Shown here: positions 19,873 to 32,698 of the stretch, piece by piece
Numbering within the stretch: the first letter of the stretch is position 1
Layout of the letters: every line of letters starts with the position of its first letter
From: an uncultured Mycoplasmatota bacterium
GTDB lineage: Bacteria; Bacillota_I; Bacilli_A; RF39; UBA660
Length of the DNA stretch: 49,185 bases
Reading direction: 5' to 3'
Assembly (NCBI GenBank): GCA_946488855.1
Contig: CAMLWC010000005.1
Coordinates: 1-49,185, forward strand
Made by a program: the position numbers and the translations under genes
The notes under the pieces: model-generated
The model's input: the letters and a program-made list of their open reading frames with translations, nothing else
The model's database searches: none
Told to the model about the DNA's origin: nothing

Positions 19873-21081
19873 TTATCCCTCCAATGGATATTTATCAGTT
19901 ATTTTTTTAACTCTTAATTTTAATTGTTCTTTATCTTTACCATTTAAGGCATCAACTATAATATTTCCTATTTCAGCAAATTCTTCCTCTTTTAATCCTC
20001 TAGTAGTCATAGCAGGACTTCCTAATCTTATACCACTAGTCTTAAAAGGTGATTCTTTATCAAATGGAATAGTATTCTTATTAACTGTAATATTAACTTC
20101 ATCTAATAATGTTTCAGCTTCTTTACCTGTCATATTTAAGCTAGTAACATCAACTAAAATTAAATGATTATCAGTACCACCAGATACTATTCTTAATCCA
20201 TTATCACTTAATACTTTAGATAATGCTTTAATATTTTTTAAAATTTGTTCTTGATATGTTTTAAATGAAGGTTGTAATGCTTCATAAAAACATTGTGCTT
20301 TTGCAGCAATAACATGCATAAGTGGTCCGCCTTGAATACCTGGAAAAATAATCTTATTTATTTTTTTAATAATTTCTTCATTATTAGTTAAAATAATACC
20401 TCCTCTTGGACCTCTTAATGTTTTATGAGTAGTTGAAGTTACAACGTCAGCATAAGGAATTGGTGATGGATGTAACCCTGTTGCTACTAAACCAGCAATA
20501 TGAGCCATATCAACCATCAAATAAGCTCCAACTTTATCAGCAATTTCTCTAAATCTTTTAAAATCTATTATTCTTGAATAAGCCGAAGCACCTGCTATAA
20601 TCATTTTTGGTTTTGTTTCAATAGCTAATTTTTCTAATTTATCATAATCAATCATTTCAGTTTCAGGATCAACATCATAACTAATTATTTCATATTCTAA
20701 GCCACTAAAATTGATTGGATGACCATGAGTTAAATGACCTCCATGTGACAAATTCATTCCCATTACTTTGTCACCAATATTTAATAATGCTTTATATACT
20801 GCCATATTTGCACTGCTTCCAGAATGTGGTTGAACATTAGCATATTTGCAATTAAATAATTTTGTTACATAATTAATGGCTAAATCTTCAACTGTATCAA
20901 CATTAACACAACCACCATAATATCTTTTACCAGAATATCCTTCAGCATATTTATTAGTAAATATGCTTCCTTGTAAATTTAATACATCTTTTGAAACATA
21001 ATTTTCTGATGCAATTAATTCAATATTATTTTGTTGTCTTTCTTTTTCTTTTTCTAAAGCTTCTTTTATTTTTATGTCCAT
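19873..21081 (-). CDS. glyA: Serine hydroxymethyltransferase
   Basis: [26 protein letters not shown]. Confidence 0.98.
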   Translation of the reverse strand: MDIKIKEALEKEKERQQNNIELIASENYVSKDVLNLQGSIFTNKYAEGYSGKRYYGGCVNVDTVEDLAINYVTKLFNCKYANVQPHSGSSANMAVYKALLNIGDKVMGMNLSHGGHLTHGHPINFSGLEYEIISYDVDPETEMIDYDKLEKLAIETKPKMIIAGASAYSRIIDFKRFREIADKVGAYLMVDMAHIAGLVATGLHPSPIPYADVVTSTTHKTLRGPRGGIILTNNEEIIKKINKIIFPGIQGGPLMHVIAAKAQCFYEALQPSFKTYQEQILKNIKALSKVLSDNGLRIVSGGTDNHLILVDVTSLNMTGKEAETLLDEVNITVNKNTIPFDKESPFKTSGIRLGSPAMTTRGLKEEEFAEIGNIIVDALNGKDKEQLKLRVKKITDKYPLEG

Positions 21082-21117
21082 TCAAATCATCTCCTCTTAT
21101 AGTATATCATAATATAG

Positions 21118-21151
21118 AAAAAAACTCTATTCAAATGAATAAAGTTTTTTT
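21118..21151 (-). terminator. Terminator after rpoC
   Basis: AAAAAACT..ATTC-AAAT-GAAT..AGTTTTTT imperfect inverted repeat. Confidence 0.6.
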
Positions 21152-24100
21152 AATCCATTAATTCTTGTTCTAAAGCTTCTAATGGTTCATCATCAACATA
21201 AGGTATTTCTAAATCATAATTAGATTTACGATATTTTTTAGCACCAGTACCAGCTGGGATTAATTTACCAATTATAACATTTTCTTTTAGACCATTTAAT
21301 TCATCTACTCTACCATGAATTGCAGCATCAGTTAAAATTCTTGTTGTTTCTTGGAATGATGCAGCAGATAAGAATGAATCAGTTTCCAAACTTGCTTTAG
21401 TAATACCTAATAATACTGGTCTACCTAAAGCAGGAGTTTTTCCTTCAAGAATTAATTTTTTGTTAGTATCAGCAAAATGATTTATATTAACCATAGTACC
21501 TGGTAAATAATATGAATCACCTGATGAAATAATTTTAATTTTAGAAATCATACGTTTAGCAATAATTTCAACGTGCTTATCAGAAATACTAACACCTTGT
21601 GATTGATAAACTTTTTGAATTTCTAATAAGATATATTGTTGTACAGTAATAGGGTCGGTAACAACTAACAATTCTTTTGGACTAATAGCTCCAAATGTTA
21701 ATTTATTTCCAGCTTCTACTTCTTGATTTAATTCAACTAATAATTTAGCTCCATAGTTTGTAGTATGAACTTTAGTTTCAGCATCATTAGTAACAGTAAT
21801 TTCATATTTACCATTAGACTCTTCAATCTTAGTAATTTTACCATTAATTTCAGAAATAGTAGCTTTTCCTTTTGGATTACGAGCTTCAAACAATTCTTGA
21901 ACACGAGGTAAACCTTGAGTGATATCGTCTCCAGCAACACCACCAGAGTTGATAGTACGCATTGTTAATTGGGTACCTGGTTCACCAATTGATTGAGCAG
22001 CCATGATACCTACAGCTTCCCCTACTTCAACTATTGATCCAGTTGCTAAGTTACGACCATAACATTTACAGCATACACCATGTTCAGTCTTACAAGTTAA
22101 AACTGTTCTAATAGGTACTTTAGTAATACCAGCTTTAATAATTTTATCAGCTAATTGTTCAGTAATATAAGTATTTCTTTCAGCTATTACATCCTTAGTT
22201 TCAGGGTTAATAACTCTTTTACTTGTATATCTACCAACAATGCGATCTCTTAAACTTTCAATTACTGTATTATTTTTATCATCAATAAATGCTTCAACAA
22301 TAACACCTTCAGTAGTGCCACAGTCATCTTCTTTAACAATCATATCTTGTGATACATCAACTAAACGTCTTGTTAAGTAACCAGCATCAGCTGTTTTTAA
22401 AGCAGTATCAACAGCACCTTTACGAGCACCATGCGTAGCTAAGAAGAATTCTGATACATTTGCACCTTCAGTAAATGATGAGGTGATTGGAATTTCAACT
22501 GCTTCACCGGTTGGTTTCATCATTAATCCACGCATACCAGCCATTTGGTTGTAGTTAGACATATTACCACGAGCACCTGAATCAATCATCATAGAAATAG
22601 AGTTATCTTTATGAGTTTTAATAAATCCCTCTAACTCATTAGCTATTTTATTTTTAGCTTCGTTCCATGTATCAACAACATTTTCATAACGTTCTCTATC
22701 AGTAATTAAACCACGTTTGAATTGTTTATTAATAGTTTCTACTTTTTCTCTTGCTTCTGCTAATACTTCAGGTTTAGTTTTAGATTCGATAATATCCCCA
22801 ATACCAATAGATATACCAGATAATGTTGAATATTTAAATCCTAAATCTTTCATTTTATCAAGCATAACTGAAGTTTCAGTTGTTTGATATCTTTTATATA
22901 TTTGAGCAATTAATTTAGTTAATACTTTTTTGCCAAATGGTTTAATTAATTCCATTTTAGCTATTTCTTCTTTAATATTTTTTCCTCTATCGATGAAAAA
23001 TTTACTTGGTGTAATTTTTTCAATATTTTCATCAGTTCCTTCATTAATGTATTGGAAACTATCAGGGAATATTTCATTAAATAATAATTTACCTGGTGTA
23101 GTAACTAAATATTTATCTAAATATTTATCAGGGAATATTTTATGTTTAAATGATCTAGCTGGAATAGCAATACGAGTATGTAATGTAATTTCTCTTCTTT
23201 CATATGCCATTAAAGCTTCATTATCATTTTTAAATACTCTTCCTTCACCTTTCAAATTAGGTTTTTCAATTGTAATATAATAGTTACCTAAAATCATATC
23301 TTGGCCAGGTGTAACAATTGGTTGTCCATCTTTAGGTGATAAGATGTTATTAGCACCTAACATTAATATTCTTGCTTCTGCTTGAGCCTCATCAGAAATA
23401 GGAACGTGTACTGCCATTTGATCCCCATCAAAATCGGCATTGAATGCAGCACAAACTAATGGATGCAATCTTATACTTCTACCTTCAATTAACTTAGGTT
23501 GGAATGCTTGAATACCTAATCTATGTAATGTTGGAGCACGGTTTAACATAACAGGGTGTTCTTGAATAACTTCTTCAACAATATCCCATACTCTTTCATC
23601 TTGGTTTTCAATCATTTTTTTAGCAGCTTTAATATTTGATGCAATTTCTTTAGTAACTAAGCCATGAATTACATGTGGTTTGAATAATTCTAAAGCCATT
23701 TCTTTAGGGATACCACATTCATACATTTTTAATGATGGTCCTACAACGATAACTGAACGACCAGAATAATCAACACGTTTACCCAATAAGTTTTGTCTAA
23801 ATCTTCCTTGTTTACCTTTTAACATACTAGATAAAGATTTAAGTGGTCTATTACCTGCACCAGTTATATTTCTACCACGTCTGCCATTATCAAATAAAGC
23901 ATCTACAGCTTCTTGAAGCATACGTTTTTCATTTTGAATGATAATTGAAGGAGCACCTAATTCCATCAATTTTTTAAGACGATTATTACGATTTATAACT
24001 CTTCTATATAAATCATTTAAGTCAGATGTAGCAAATCTACCACCATCTAATTGAATCATTGGTCTTAATTCCGGAGGAATAACAGGCAATGCTTCTAATA

Positions 24101-24785
24101 TCATCCATTCAGGTCTATTACCTGATTCTAAGAAAGCATTTAAAACATCTAATCTTTTAATTAATCTTATTCTTTTTTGACTAGTTGAGTCTTTAATACT
24201 TTCAATTTCTTCTTTAATCTTATTTACTTCTTCTTCTAGATTTACTTGTTCTAGTAATTCTTTAATTGCTTCAGCACCCATACCAACTCTAAATGCACTA
24301 CCATATTTTTCATAATATGCACGATATTCTTTATCAGAAATAGTTTGTTTTTTCTCTAAAGGAGCTGGTCCTGGATCTAAAACAACATATGATACGAAAT
24401 ATAAAACTTCTTCTAAGTCTCTAGGTGACATATCTAAAACTAAGCCAATTCTAGATGGTACACCTTTAAAGAACCAAATGTGAGAACAAGGAGTTGCAAG
24501 TTCAATGTGTCCCATTCTTTCTCTTCTTACTTTACTACGAGTAACTTCAACTCCACATCTATCACAAACTATATTTTTATATCTTAATCTTTTATATTTT
24601 CCACATGAACATTCAAAGTCTTTAGTTGGACCGAATATTTTTTCACAAAATAATCCATCTCTTTCTGGTTTTAAAGTACGATAGTTAATTGTTTCAGCTT
24701 TTTTAACTTCACCATAAGACCATGAACGAATTTTTTCAGGAGAAGCTATAGAAATTTTTAATCCTTCAAATTCATTAATATTCAT
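21150..24785 (-). CDS. rpoC: RNA polymerase beta' subunit
   Basis: NADFDGD catalytic motif and zinc-binding cysteines. Confidence 0.99.
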   Translation of the reverse strand: MNINEFEGLKISIASPEKIRSWSYGEVKKAETINYRTLKPERDGLFCEKIFGPTKDFECSCGKYKRLRYKNIVCDRCGVEVTRSKVRRERMGHIELATPCSHIWFFKGVPSRIGLVLDMSPRDLEEVLYFVSYVVLDPGPAPLEKKQTISDKEYRAYYEKYGSAFRVGMGAEAIKELLEQVNLEEEVNKIKEEIESIKDSTSQKRIRLIKRLDVLNAFLESGNRPEWMILEALPVIPPELRPMIQLDGGRFATSDLNDLYRRVINRNNRLKKLMELGAPSIIIQNEKRMLQEAVDALFDNGRRGRNITGAGNRPLKSLSSMLKGKQGRFRQNLLGKRVDYSGRSVIVVGPSLKMYECGIPKEMALELFKPHVIHGLVTKEIASNIKAAKKMIENQDERVWDIVEEVIQEHPVMLNRAPTLHRLGIQAFQPKLIEGRSIRLHPLVCAAFNADFDGDQMAVHVPISDEAQAEARILMLGANNILSPKDGQPIVTPGQDMILGNYYITIEKPNLKGEGRVFKNDNEALMAYERREITLHTRIAIPARSFKHKIFPDKYLDKYLVTTPGKLLFNEIFPDSFQYINEGTDENIEKITPSKFFIDRGKNIKEEIAKMELIKPFGKKVLTKLIAQIYKRYQTTETSVMLDKMKDLGFKYSTLSGISIGIGDIIESKTKPEVLAEAREKVETINKQFKRGLITDRERYENVVDTWNEAKNKIANELEGFIKTHKDNSISMMIDSGARGNMSNYNQMAGMRGLMMKPTGEAVEIPITSSFTEGANVSEFFLATHGARKGAVDTALKTADAGYLTRRLVDVSQDMIVKEDDCGTTEGVIVEAFIDDKNNTVIESLRDRIVGRYTSKRVINPETKDVIAERNTYITEQLADKIIKAGITKVPIRTVLTCKTEHGVCCKCYGRNLATGSIVEVGEAVGIMAAQSIGEPGTQLTMRTINSGGVAGDDITQGLPRVQELFEARNPKGKATISEINGKITKIEESNGKYEITVTNDAETKVHTTNYGAKLLVELNQEVEAGNKLTFGAISPKELLVVTDPITVQQYILLEIQKVYQSQGVSISDKHVEIIAKRMISKIKIISSGDSYYLPGTMVNINHFADTNKKLILEGKTPALGRPVLLGITKASLETDSFLSAASFQETTRILTDAAIHGRVDELNGLKENVIIGKLIPAGTGAKKYRKSNYDLEIPYVDDEPLEALEQELMD

Positions 24786-27700
24786 TACATAGCCTCCTTA
24801 TCTTCTGTATCTTCTGATTCATCATATTCTTCATCATCTAAATCGTCATCAAATTCATCATCAAAATCTTCTTCAGATTCATCAAATTCATCTGTTTCTT
24901 CATCTAAGTTTTCTGTATCATTTTCTTCAATATTTTCTTTGATTGGTTGAATACTATTTTCAAAATCTTCAACACTTACAAATCCTTCTTGATCCATTGC
25001 TTCTACATCTTTCATATCAATTAATTTACCATTTTCAGATAAAACACTGATATCTAAGCCTAAAGCTTGGAATTCTTTAATTAATACTCTAAAGCTTTCT
25101 GGTACACTGCTTGGTGGAAGTGGTGTTCCTTTAACTAATGCTTCATATACTTTAACACGACCTACAACATCATCTGATTTAATAGTCATCATTTCTTGTA
25201 ATACATGAGCAGCACCATAAGCATATAATGCCCAAACTTCCATTTCTCCAAATCTTTGACCACCAAATTGAGCTTTACCACCTAATGGTTGTTGAGTAAC
25301 TAATGAGTATGGACCAGTAGATCTAGCATGTAATTTATCATCTACCATGTGGTGTAATTTAATCATATACATAACACCAACAGATATTCTATTATCAAAT
25401 GGTTCACCAGTTCTACCATCATATAAAACCATTTTACCATCTTCTGATAATTTAGCTTCTTTTAAAGCATCAATAATTTCTTCTCTAGTAGCACCATCGA
25501 ATGCTGGAGTCATAACATGAATATTTAATTCTTTAGCAGCTGCACCTAAATGCATTTCTAAGATTTGTCCAATATTCATACGAGAAGGAACTCCTAATGG
25601 GTTAAGTAAGATATCAATAGGTGTTCCATCAGCCATATAAGGCATATCTTCTTGTGGTAATATTAATGAAATAACACCTTTATTACCATGACGTCCAGCC
25701 ATTTTATCACCAATTGAAATTTTACGTTTTTGAGCTATATAAACACGAACTATTTTAGATACACCAGCAGGTAATTCATCAGAATCTTCTTTAGTAAATA
25801 TTTTAACATCATGAACGATTCCTTCACCACCATGAGGTACTCTTAAAGATGTATCTCTTACTTCTCTTGTTTTTTCTCCAAATATAGCATGTAATAATTT
25901 TTCTTCACTAGTTAATTCAGCCATACCTTTTGGTGTTACTTTACCAACTAAAATATCATCATCGTGTACTTCAGTACCGATTCTAATAATACCATTTTCA
26001 TCTAAGTTTTTACGAGCATCTTCACCAATATTTGGAATATCTCTTGTAAATTCTTCTGGACCTAATTTAGTATCACGACATTCAATTTGATAATCTTCAA
26101 TATGAATAGATGTATAAACATCATCAGATACTAATCTTTCATTTAAAATAACAGCATCTTCGTAGTTATATCCATTAAAGTTCATAAATGCTACAGTTAC
26201 ATTTTTACCTAAAGCCATTTCACCTTTATCAGTAGAAGGTCCATCAGCAATTATTTGATCTTTTTTAATAACATCATTTACTCTTACAATAGGAACTTGA
26301 TGATAACAAGTACCATTATTACTTCTTTCATAACCATTTAAATAATAAGTATCTTGTCCACCTTTAGTTTTTACAATAATTTTTTTACCATCTACGTATT
26401 CTACTATACCATCAGCATTAGCTATTACTACAGAACCCCCATCACGAGCAGAAATTGCTTCAATACCTGTTCCAACTAATGGTGCTTCTGATTTTAATAA
26501 TGGAATAGCTTGACGTTGCATGTTAGAACCCATAAGTGCTCTTTTACCATCATCGTGTTCCAAGAATGGAATACCTTGAGTAGTAATTGAGATTACTTGT
26601 TGTGGTGAAACATCAATATAATCTACTTTTTTAGATTCAATCATAATGTTGTCGCCACGATATCTAACTGGTATTTTTTCTTCAATAAAACAATTATTTT
26701 CATCAATTTTAGCAGTTGCTTGAGATATATAATGATCTAATTCTTCATCAGCAGTCATATAAACAACTTCATCAGTTAATTTACCATTTTCTACTTTACG
26801 ATATGGAGTCATAATAAATCCATAATCATTTACTCTAGCATAACTAGCTAAAGCAGTAATCAAACCGATATTTGGCCCTTCTGGAGATTCAATTGGACAT
26901 AATCTACCATAGTGTGATGGATTAACGTCACGAACATCCATACCTGCTCTATCTCTTGATAAACCACCTGGACCTAAACTAGATAAACGTCTTTTATTAG
27001 CAAGTTCAGCAATTGGATTTGTTTGATCCATGAATTGTGATAATTGAGATGAACCAAAGAATTCTTTGATAGCTGCAGTTAGTGGTCTAATATTAATCAA
27101 AGTTTTAGGTGTAACTTCAGCTAATTCTTGAGTACTCATTCTATCTCTAATTACTCTTTCAATTCTTGACACACCAATTCTAAATTGATTTTGTAATAAT
27201 TCTCCTACTTGTCTTACACGTCTATTAGATAAGTGGTCGATTTCATCAAATGAACCAATACCTTCAAATAAATTTAAATAGTATGATACTGATGCATAAA
27301 TATCAGAAATAGTTAATCTTTTTTCAGTAATTGTTTGATCATTACCAATAATTTTAGTTACTTTACCTTCTTTATTGTATACTTTAACAATTTGAACTCT
27401 ATTATAACTATCTAATTCTTCATTAATTAATACTTCTTTAACACCATAACCATTTTCAAAAACTGGTTTTAATTTTTCTAATAACTCTTTAGTTACTAAA
27501 TCACCATCATTAGCGATTACTTCATTATCAACTTTAATTGTTTCAGCTAATTTATTACCTAATAATCTATCTAAAACATTTAATTTTTTATTAAATTTGT
27601 AACGTCCTACTTTAGCTAAATCATATCTAAATGCATCAAAAAATCTAGTAATTAATTGATTTTTCGCACTATCTAAAGTAGATGGTTCACCTGGTCTTAA

Positions 27701-28420
27701 TTTTGAATGAATATCAATTAATGATTCATCTGTATTTTTATTAGTATCTTTTTCAATTGTCTTAGTAAGTAATTCATTTTCACCAAATAAATCAATTATA
27801 TCTTCATCACTATTTAAACCAATTGCTCTAAGTAATGTTGTAATAGGAACCTTTCTTGTTCTATCGATTCTTACATAGATAACATCTCTTGAATCGATTT
27901 CATATTCCAACCAAGTTCCTCTAGTTGGTATAATTTGTGAAGTAATAGTAACTCGTCCATTTTTCTTATCTACTTCTTTACCATAATAACAACTTGGAGA
28001 ACGAACTAATTGTGAAACGATAACACGTTCTGCTCCATTAATTATAAATGTCCCAGTTTCAGTCATTATAGGCATATCACCTAAGAAAATTTCTTGTTCT
28101 TTTACTTCCCCTGTTTCACCATTAAAAAGTCTTGCTTCTACCTTTAAAGGTGCTGCATAAGTTGCATATCTTTCTTTGCAACCTTTAATTGAATATTTTG
28201 GTTGTTCAAAAGAGAAATCTCCAAATTCCAACGATAAATTTCCTGTAAAACTTTCTACAGGGAAAATGTCATCAAATACTTCTTTGATTCCTTCTGTCAT
28301 AAACCAATCATAAGATTTTTTTTGAATTTCTAACAAATTGTTTAATTCAATTGCATTTTTTGTTTTTGCATAATTTCTTCTTTCACGATAATCTCCACAT
28401 TTTTTTGTTGTATATGCCAC
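24785..28420 (-). CDS. rpoB: RNA polymerase beta subunit
   Basis: [12 protein letters not shown] and QRFGEME; likely GTG start at 28420 after GGGGTGA. Confidence 0.99.
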   Translation of the reverse strand: MAYTTKKCGDYRERRNYAKTKNAIELNNLLEIQKKSYDWFMTEGIKEVFDDIFPVESFTGNLSLEFGDFSFEQPKYSIKGCKERYATYAAPLKVEARLFNGETGEVKEQEIFLGDMPIMTETGTFIINGAERVIVSQLVRSPSCYYGKEVDKKNGRVTITSQIIPTRGTWLEYEIDSRDVIYVRIDRTRKVPITTLLRAIGLNSDEDIIDLFGENELLTKTIEKDTNKNTDESLIDIHSKLRPGEPSTLDSAKNQLITRFFDAFRYDLAKVGRYKFNKKLNVLDRLLGNKLAETIKVDNEVIANDGDLVTKELLEKLKPVFENGYGVKEVLINEELDSYNRVQIVKVYNKEGKVTKIIGNDQTITEKRLTISDIYASVSYYLNLFEGIGSFDEIDHLSNRRVRQVGELLQNQFRIGVSRIERVIRDRMSTQELAEVTPKTLINIRPLTAAIKEFFGSSQLSQFMDQTNPIAELANKRRLSSLGPGGLSRDRAGMDVRDVNPSHYGRLCPIESPEGPNIGLITALASYARVNDYGFIMTPYRKVENGKLTDEVVYMTADEELDHYISQATAKIDENNCFIEEKIPVRYRGDNIMIESKKVDYIDVSPQQVISITTQGIPFLEHDDGKRALMGSNMQRQAIPLLKSEAPLVGTGIEAISARDGGSVVIANADGIVEYVDGKKIIVKTKGGQDTYYLNGYERSNNGTCYHQVPIVRVNDVIKKDQIIADGPSTDKGEMALGKNVTVAFMNFNGYNYEDAVILNERLVSDDVYTSIHIEDYQIECRDTKLGPEEFTRDIPNIGEDARKNLDENGIIRIGTEVHDDDILVGKVTPKGMAELTSEEKLLHAIFGEKTREVRDTSLRVPHGGEGIVHDVKIFTKEDSDELPAGVSKIVRVYIAQKRKISIGDKMAGRHGNKGVISLILPQEDMPYMADGTPIDILLNPLGVPSRMNIGQILEMHLGAAAKELNIHVMTPAFDGATREEIIDALKEAKLSEDGKMVLYDGRTGEPFDNRISVGVMYMIKLHHMVDDKLHARSTGPYSLVTQQPLGGKAQFGGQRFGEMEVWALYAYGAAHVLQEMMTIKSDDVVGRVKVYEALVKGTPLPPSSVPESFRVLIKEFQALGLDISVLSENGKLIDMKDVEAMDQEGFVSVEDFENSIQPIKENIEENDTENLDEETDEFDESEEDFDDEFDDDLDDEEYDESEDTEDKEAM

Positions 28421-28503
28421 TCTTTCACCCCTATACACTATATTATCATGCAACAAAAGTACATGCCACCAATTTATAATTTTACCAAATGTTTATCAAC
28501 ATG

Positions 28504-29085
28504 TCAATTGTTTATTGCTCTAATTATGAAAAAACCTTTATTTTTACAAATAATTGTAGTTTCATATTCTTTGCTTAAGTCTTTAACTAAACTTTTAGCG
28601 CCTTGATCTTTATTTATCACTAACCATAATTCACCATTTTTATTTAAATAATTTTTAGCATCAAATAATAATTTATATAATATTTTTTTACCTACTCTAA
28701 TAGGGGGATTGGTTACAATAAAATCGTATTTTTTATTAACATTATCATATAAATCACTTTCAAATACATTTGTTTTAACATTATTTAGTTTTGAATTTTT
28801 AATAGCCAAATCTAAACTTCTTCTATTAACATCAATCATATCAACTAATAAATTATTTTTTTTAGAAATATAAATACCGATTGGACCATAACCACAACCG
28901 ATATCTAAAATATTTCCTTTTAAATCAGGTAAATTTTCTAGTAGTGTTCTTGTACCGAAATCTAATCCATTTTTAGAAAAGACTCCATTATCAGTATAAA
29001 AAGAAAAAGGAAGATTATTGATAATTACATTTATTTTTTTTACTTCGCTTTTTAATGTTTCATCGTTAGTAAAATAGTAACTCAT
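28504..29085 (-). CDS. Class I SAM methyltransferase (RsmC/YbxB-like)
   Basis: GVFS...DFGT, LDIGCGYG, NPP; conserved position upstream of rpoB. Confidence 0.9.
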   Translation of the reverse strand: MSYYFTNDETLKSEVKKINVIINNLPFSFYTDNGVFSKNGLDFGTRTLLENLPDLKGNILDIGCGYGPIGIYISKKNNLLVDMIDVNRRSLDLAIKNSKLNNVKTNVFESDLYDNVNKKYDFIVTNPPIRVGKKILYKLLFDAKNYLNKNGELWLVINKDQGAKSLVKDLSKEYETTIICKNKGFFIIRAINN

Positions 29086-29148
29086 TTATCTTCCTCTTTT
29101 CTAAAAACACAATAAGCCCATACTAAAATCGTACAGGCTTTTTATTAA

Positions 29149-29514
29149 TTATTTTAATTCAACAGTAGCGCCAGCTTCTTCGAATTTAGCTTTTAATTCA
29201 TTAGCTTCATCAGTTGAAATATTTTCTTTAACAGCTCCACCATTATCAGCTACATCTTTAGCTTCTTTTAATCCTAATCCAGTGATTTCACGAACTAATT
29301 TGATAACAGCGATTTTGTTAGCACCTGCAGCAGTTAATACTAAACTAACTGTTGATGGTCCTTCTTCAACTGCAGCAGCTGGAGCAGCAGCAACAGCAAC
29401 AGCTGATGGATCAACACCAAATTCCTCCTTCATTGCGTCTACTAATTCTTTAACTTCAAGAATTGTCATTTCTTTTAAACCATTAATAAATTCTTCTTTT
29501 GTAAATTTTGCCAT
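29149..29514 (-). CDS. rplL: 50S ribosomal protein L7/L12
   Basis: [20 protein letters not shown]. Confidence 0.98.
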   Translation of the reverse strand: MAKFTKEEFINGLKEMTILEVKELVDAMKEEFGVDPSAVAVAAAPAAAVEEGPSTVSLVLTAAGANKIAVIKLVREITGLGLKEAKDVADNGGAVKENISTDEANELKAKFEEAGATVELK

Positions 29515-29530
29515 TCTAATCATTCCTTTC

Positions 29531-30022
29531 TTATTTTTCTAAATCTTTACTATATAAATCTAAGCAAATTGATAAATCTTTAACAACACCCATTAATCCA
29601 GATGCTAACATAGTAAGTAATCCTTCTCTTGATGGGATGCTTGCTAATTGTTTTAACATATTTGTATCAGCTATTTGACCATCTACATATCCAATTTTCA
29701 TAACTAATGCTGGATGATCTTTAGCGAAATCACTTAATACTTTGATAGGAGCAACTGCATCAGTACCGAAAGCGATTGCTTTAGGTCCATTTAATTCAGA
29801 GTCCATATCGATATTTAAGCTATCCAAAGCTCTTTTTACTAAAGTATTTTTATATACTTTATATTCAGAACCAGCTTCTTTTAATTTTCTTCTTAATTCC
29901 ACAGTTTCATTAACTGTTAAACCATGATATTCAAATAAAACTGTTGAAGATGATTCTTTAACTTTATTAGTTATTTCGTTAACTGTTTCTTGCTTTCTAG
30001 CAATTATTTTTTGATTTGCCAT
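29531..30022 (-). CDS. rplJ: 50S ribosomal protein L10
   Basis: YHGLTV...LRRKL...YKNTL...LASIPSRE. Confidence 0.97.
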   Translation of the reverse strand: MANQKIIARKQETVNEITNKVKESSSTVLFEYHGLTVNETVELRRKLKEAGSEYKVYKNTLVKRALDSLNIDMDSELNGPKAIAFGTDAVAPIKVLSDFAKDHPALVMKIGYVDGQIADTNMLKQLASIPSREGLLTMLASGLMGVVKDLSICLDLYSKDLEK

Positions 30023-30062
30023 ATTACACCTCCTTGTTATCTATATAATACCGCATTTCAAA

Positions 30063-30165
30063 ACTTAAAATGCCCTTACCTTACCGTAAGAGCATTAGAA
30101 AACTTATTCTAAGTCCTCGGTAGGAAATATTAAGTCTATTTTGACTCCTACTGTCTACGGTACTT
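30063..30165 (-). ncRNA. Ribosomal protein L10 leader
   Basis: CCGTAGACAGTAGG...TTAA...CCTACCGAGG core followed by a terminator-like hairpin, upstream of rplJ. Confidence 0.85.
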
Positions 30166-30197
30166 CACACAACAAATTAATTATAACATATTATTTA

Positions 30198-30893
30198 TTA
30201 CTTGTCAAAAGAATTTACATCAATTTTAATACCAGGACCCATTGTTGTAGAAACACTTATATTTTTAACATAAGTTCCTTTAACAACTGATGGTTTAGTT
30301 TTTAAAATTAATGAAACAAAGGCTTCTAAATTTTCAAGTAATTGTTTTTCTGTAAAACTAACTTTACCAATGATAATATGAACATTACCATATGAATCTG
30401 TTCTATATTCGATTCTTCCTTGTTTTACTTCTTCAACTGCTTTTTTAATATCCATAGTTACTGTTCCAGTTTTAGGGTTTGGCATTAAACCTTTTGGACC
30501 TAAAATTTTACCTAATTTACCTAATTGAGGCATCATATCTGGAGTAGCGATTAACGTATCAAAATCGAACCAATTTTCTTTTTCAATTTTTTCTAAATAA
30601 TCCATATCTCCTACATAATCAGCACCAGCATTTCTTGCTTCTTCAGCTTTTGGTCCTTTTGCAATAACTAAGATTTTTTTTGTTTTACCTGTACCATTTG
30701 GTAAACAAATAGTACCTCTTAATTGTTGATCAGCTTTTTTAGTATCTAAGTTTAAAGACATAGCAACTTCAACAGATGAATCAAATTTAGTTGTTGATGT
30801 TTTCTTAACTAAATCCATAGCTTCTTCTTTAGTATATAATTTGTTTTTTTCAACTAATTTAGCTGCTTCAACATATTTTTTACCTTTCTTCAT
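30198..30893 (-). CDS. rplA: 50S ribosomal protein L1
   Basis: [23 protein letters not shown]. Confidence 0.98.
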   Translation of the reverse strand: MKKGKKYVEAAKLVEKNKLYTKEEAMDLVKKTSTTKFDSSVEVAMSLNLDTKKADQQLRGTICLPNGTGKTKKILVIAKGPKAEEARNAGADYVGDMDYLEKIEKENWFDFDTLIATPDMMPQLGKLGKILGPKGLMPNPKTGTVTMDIKKAVEEVKQGRIEYRTDSYGNVHIIIGKVSFTEKQLLENLEAFVSLILKTKPSVVKGTYVKNISVSTTMGPGIKIDVNSFDK

Positions 30894-30905
30894 TTTATAC
30901 CTCCT

Positions 30906-30937
30906 TATGTGGTCTAGCGGATTTTTCCTTCCACATA
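30906..30937 (-). promoter_or_regulatory. L1-binding mRNA hairpin before rplA
   Basis: TATGTGGAAGG...CCGCTAGACCACATA adjacent to the RBS. Confidence 0.65.
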
Positions 30938-30940
30938 GAA

Positions 30941-31225
30941 TTAATCTATGAGACTATTAACTATACATAATGATAATATTATTAATGAAATAACGCCTAT
31001 TACAATTATAATAACTCTTAACAAACTAAATCTTTGATTAGTTATAGTTTTATAATAAAATCCATAACAAAATAATACAAAATATATTAATATAACATCA
31101 AAAATATTTTTATTTTCTTTAGATGATATAAATCTAAAAACAATCAAAGTTAGAATAATTATAATCAACTGTATTCTTTTATTATCACGAATTTTAAAAC
31201 AAACTTCTTTTAAATTACGTTTCAT
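30941..31225 (-). CDS. Small hypothetical membrane protein (about 3 TM) between rplK and rplA
   Basis: 94-aa hydrophobic ORF; ATG overlaps the rplK stop (TAATG). Confidence 0.65.
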   Translation of the reverse strand: MKRNLKEVCFKIRDNKRIQLIIIILTLIVFRFISSKENKNIFDVILIYFVLFCYGFYYKTITNQRFSLLRVIIIVIGVISLIILSLCIVNSLID

Positions 31226-31647
31226 TATTTTACTTCAATTCCCATATTTAAAGCTGTACCTTCAACAATTTTCATTGCATCTTCGACAGTATAAGCATTT
31301 AAATCTGGTAATTTTGTTTCAGCAATTTCTCTTAATTGGTCTTTTGTAATTGAACCAACAATACCATTTTTACCTTTAGCTGAACCTGCTTTTACTTTAG
31401 CTGCTTTTTTAATTAAGAATGCTGCAGGTGGAGTCTTAATTACAAAATCGAAACTTCTATCATCATAAATAGTAATTTCAACTGGTAATACATCTCCCAT
31501 CTTATCTCTAGTTGCATCATTATATTTTGTACAAAATTCTTGTAGGTTTATTCCTTTTGGACCTAAAACAGTACCAACTGGTGGCGCTGGAGTAGCTTTA
31601 CCTGCTTGAATTTGTAATTTAACTTTACTTGCTATTTGTTTTGCCAC
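31225..31647 (-). CDS. rplK: 50S ribosomal protein L11
   Basis: [17 protein letters not shown]. Confidence 0.98.
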   Translation of the reverse strand: MAKQIASKVKLQIQAGKATPAPPVGTVLGPKGINLQEFCTKYNDATRDKMGDVLPVEITIYDDRSFDFVIKTPPAAFLIKKAAKVKAGSAKGKNGIVGSITKDQLREIAETKLPDLNAYTVEDAMKIVEGTALNMGIEVK

Positions 31648-31677
31648 GAAAACACCTCCTAAATTTAATTTTTCGCG

Positions 31678-31720
31678 TTGTGGTTATAATGATCATCCGC
31701 TTAAAATCAATCTCCCACAT
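31678..31720 (-). promoter_or_regulatory. L1-binding leader before rplK
   Basis: GTGGGAG...TATAACCAC, the typical Bacillota L1 site. Confidence 0.7.
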
Positions 31721-31779
31721 CTATATAAAAAATTATATAGCGAATTAATAATAACACTTTTTTTTATATTTGTAAATAC

Positions 31780-32313
31780 TTATGCCTTAGAAATTTGCGT
31801 TAATTCTAATTCAACATTAGTTTCTTGGCCAAATAAATCTAAAGCAACTTCAACTTGTTGTTTTTCAAAGTTAATACTTGTTACTTTACCATACATATTA
31901 GCAAATGGTCCATCAACTACTTTAACTTGATCACCAATTTGTAATTCATTAGCGATATCTAATCTACTCATTCCCATTGAACCTAATATTTTATCAACTT
32001 CTGCTGGTGTTAAAGGGAATGGTTTAGCTCCTTTACCACTACTACCAATGAATCCCGTTACACCTGGTGTATTTCTTACAACAAACCATGCTTCATCAGT
32101 CATAATCATTTCAACTAATATATAACCAGGAAACATTTTTTTTACTTTTTCTTTTTTTACCCCATCTTTATATTCTACTTCTGTTTGTTCTGGGACTACT
32201 ACTCTAAAGATATAATCTTCAAGTCCCATACTAGAAGCACGCATCTCTAATTTTTCTTTTACTTTACTTTCATGACCTGAATAGGTGTTAACTACATACC
32301 ATTCTTTTTCCAT
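31780..32313 (-). CDS. nusG: Transcription factor NusG
   Basis: WYVVNTYSGHE, FPGYILVEM, RNTPGVTGF, KOW domain. Confidence 0.98.
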   Translation of the reverse strand: MEKEWYVVNTYSGHESKVKEKLEMRASSMGLEDYIFRVVVPEQTEVEYKDGVKKEKVKKMFPGYILVEMIMTDEAWFVVRNTPGVTGFIGSSGKGAKPFPLTPAEVDKILGSMGMSRLDIANELQIGDQVKVVDGPFANMYGKVTSINFEKQQVEVALDLFGQETNVELELTQISKA

Positions 32314-32567
32314 TATCCCACCAACATTTTAAATCCTGCGATAATTAAATCACCTAAAGTAAAGAATAAACCAAAGAAAATTATAAATGATAAGGTTGCA
32401 ATAGAATATTTAATCATTTCTTTTTTTAATGGCCAACGAACTTTGCCCATTTCTTTTTCTACACCTTTAAAAAACGATTCTTTTTTAATTTTTTTTGTAT
32501 TCTTGTCTTTTTTTGAAACTTTTTCTTTTGTTACTTTTTTAGTGTTCTTTTCATCTTTTTTACTCAT
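32313..32567 (-). CDS. secE: Preprotein translocase SecE
   Basis: EMGKVRWP plus a single TM; upstream of nusG. Confidence 0.93.
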   Translation of the reverse strand: MSKKDEKNTKKVTKEKVSKKDKNTKKIKKESFFKGVEKEMGKVRWPLKKEMIKYSIATLSFIIFFGLFFTLGDLIIAGFKMLVG

Positions 32568-32698
32568 AATTCACCTCTTACATTATATGAAAATTTTTTC
32601 AAAATAAAAACACTTTTTCGTGTCTACATAAATACTATCATATATTGATTTATTTGTCAATTATTTTAAAAAAATTGATGCAAAGTATTCACCAATTT

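Noticed and set aside
7413-28506. Mycoplasma-type genetic code (TGA=Trp), given the AT richness and RpoB H526N
   Set aside because: Conserved genes end in TGA at expected positions (rseP, the methyltransferase) and long genes translate fully with code 11.
32600-32660. Empty promoter-terminator unit as a scar of deleted rpmG
   Set aside because: TTGACA-17-TAGTAT is more simply the secE promoter, and the GACAC/GTGTT hairpin is only 5 bp.
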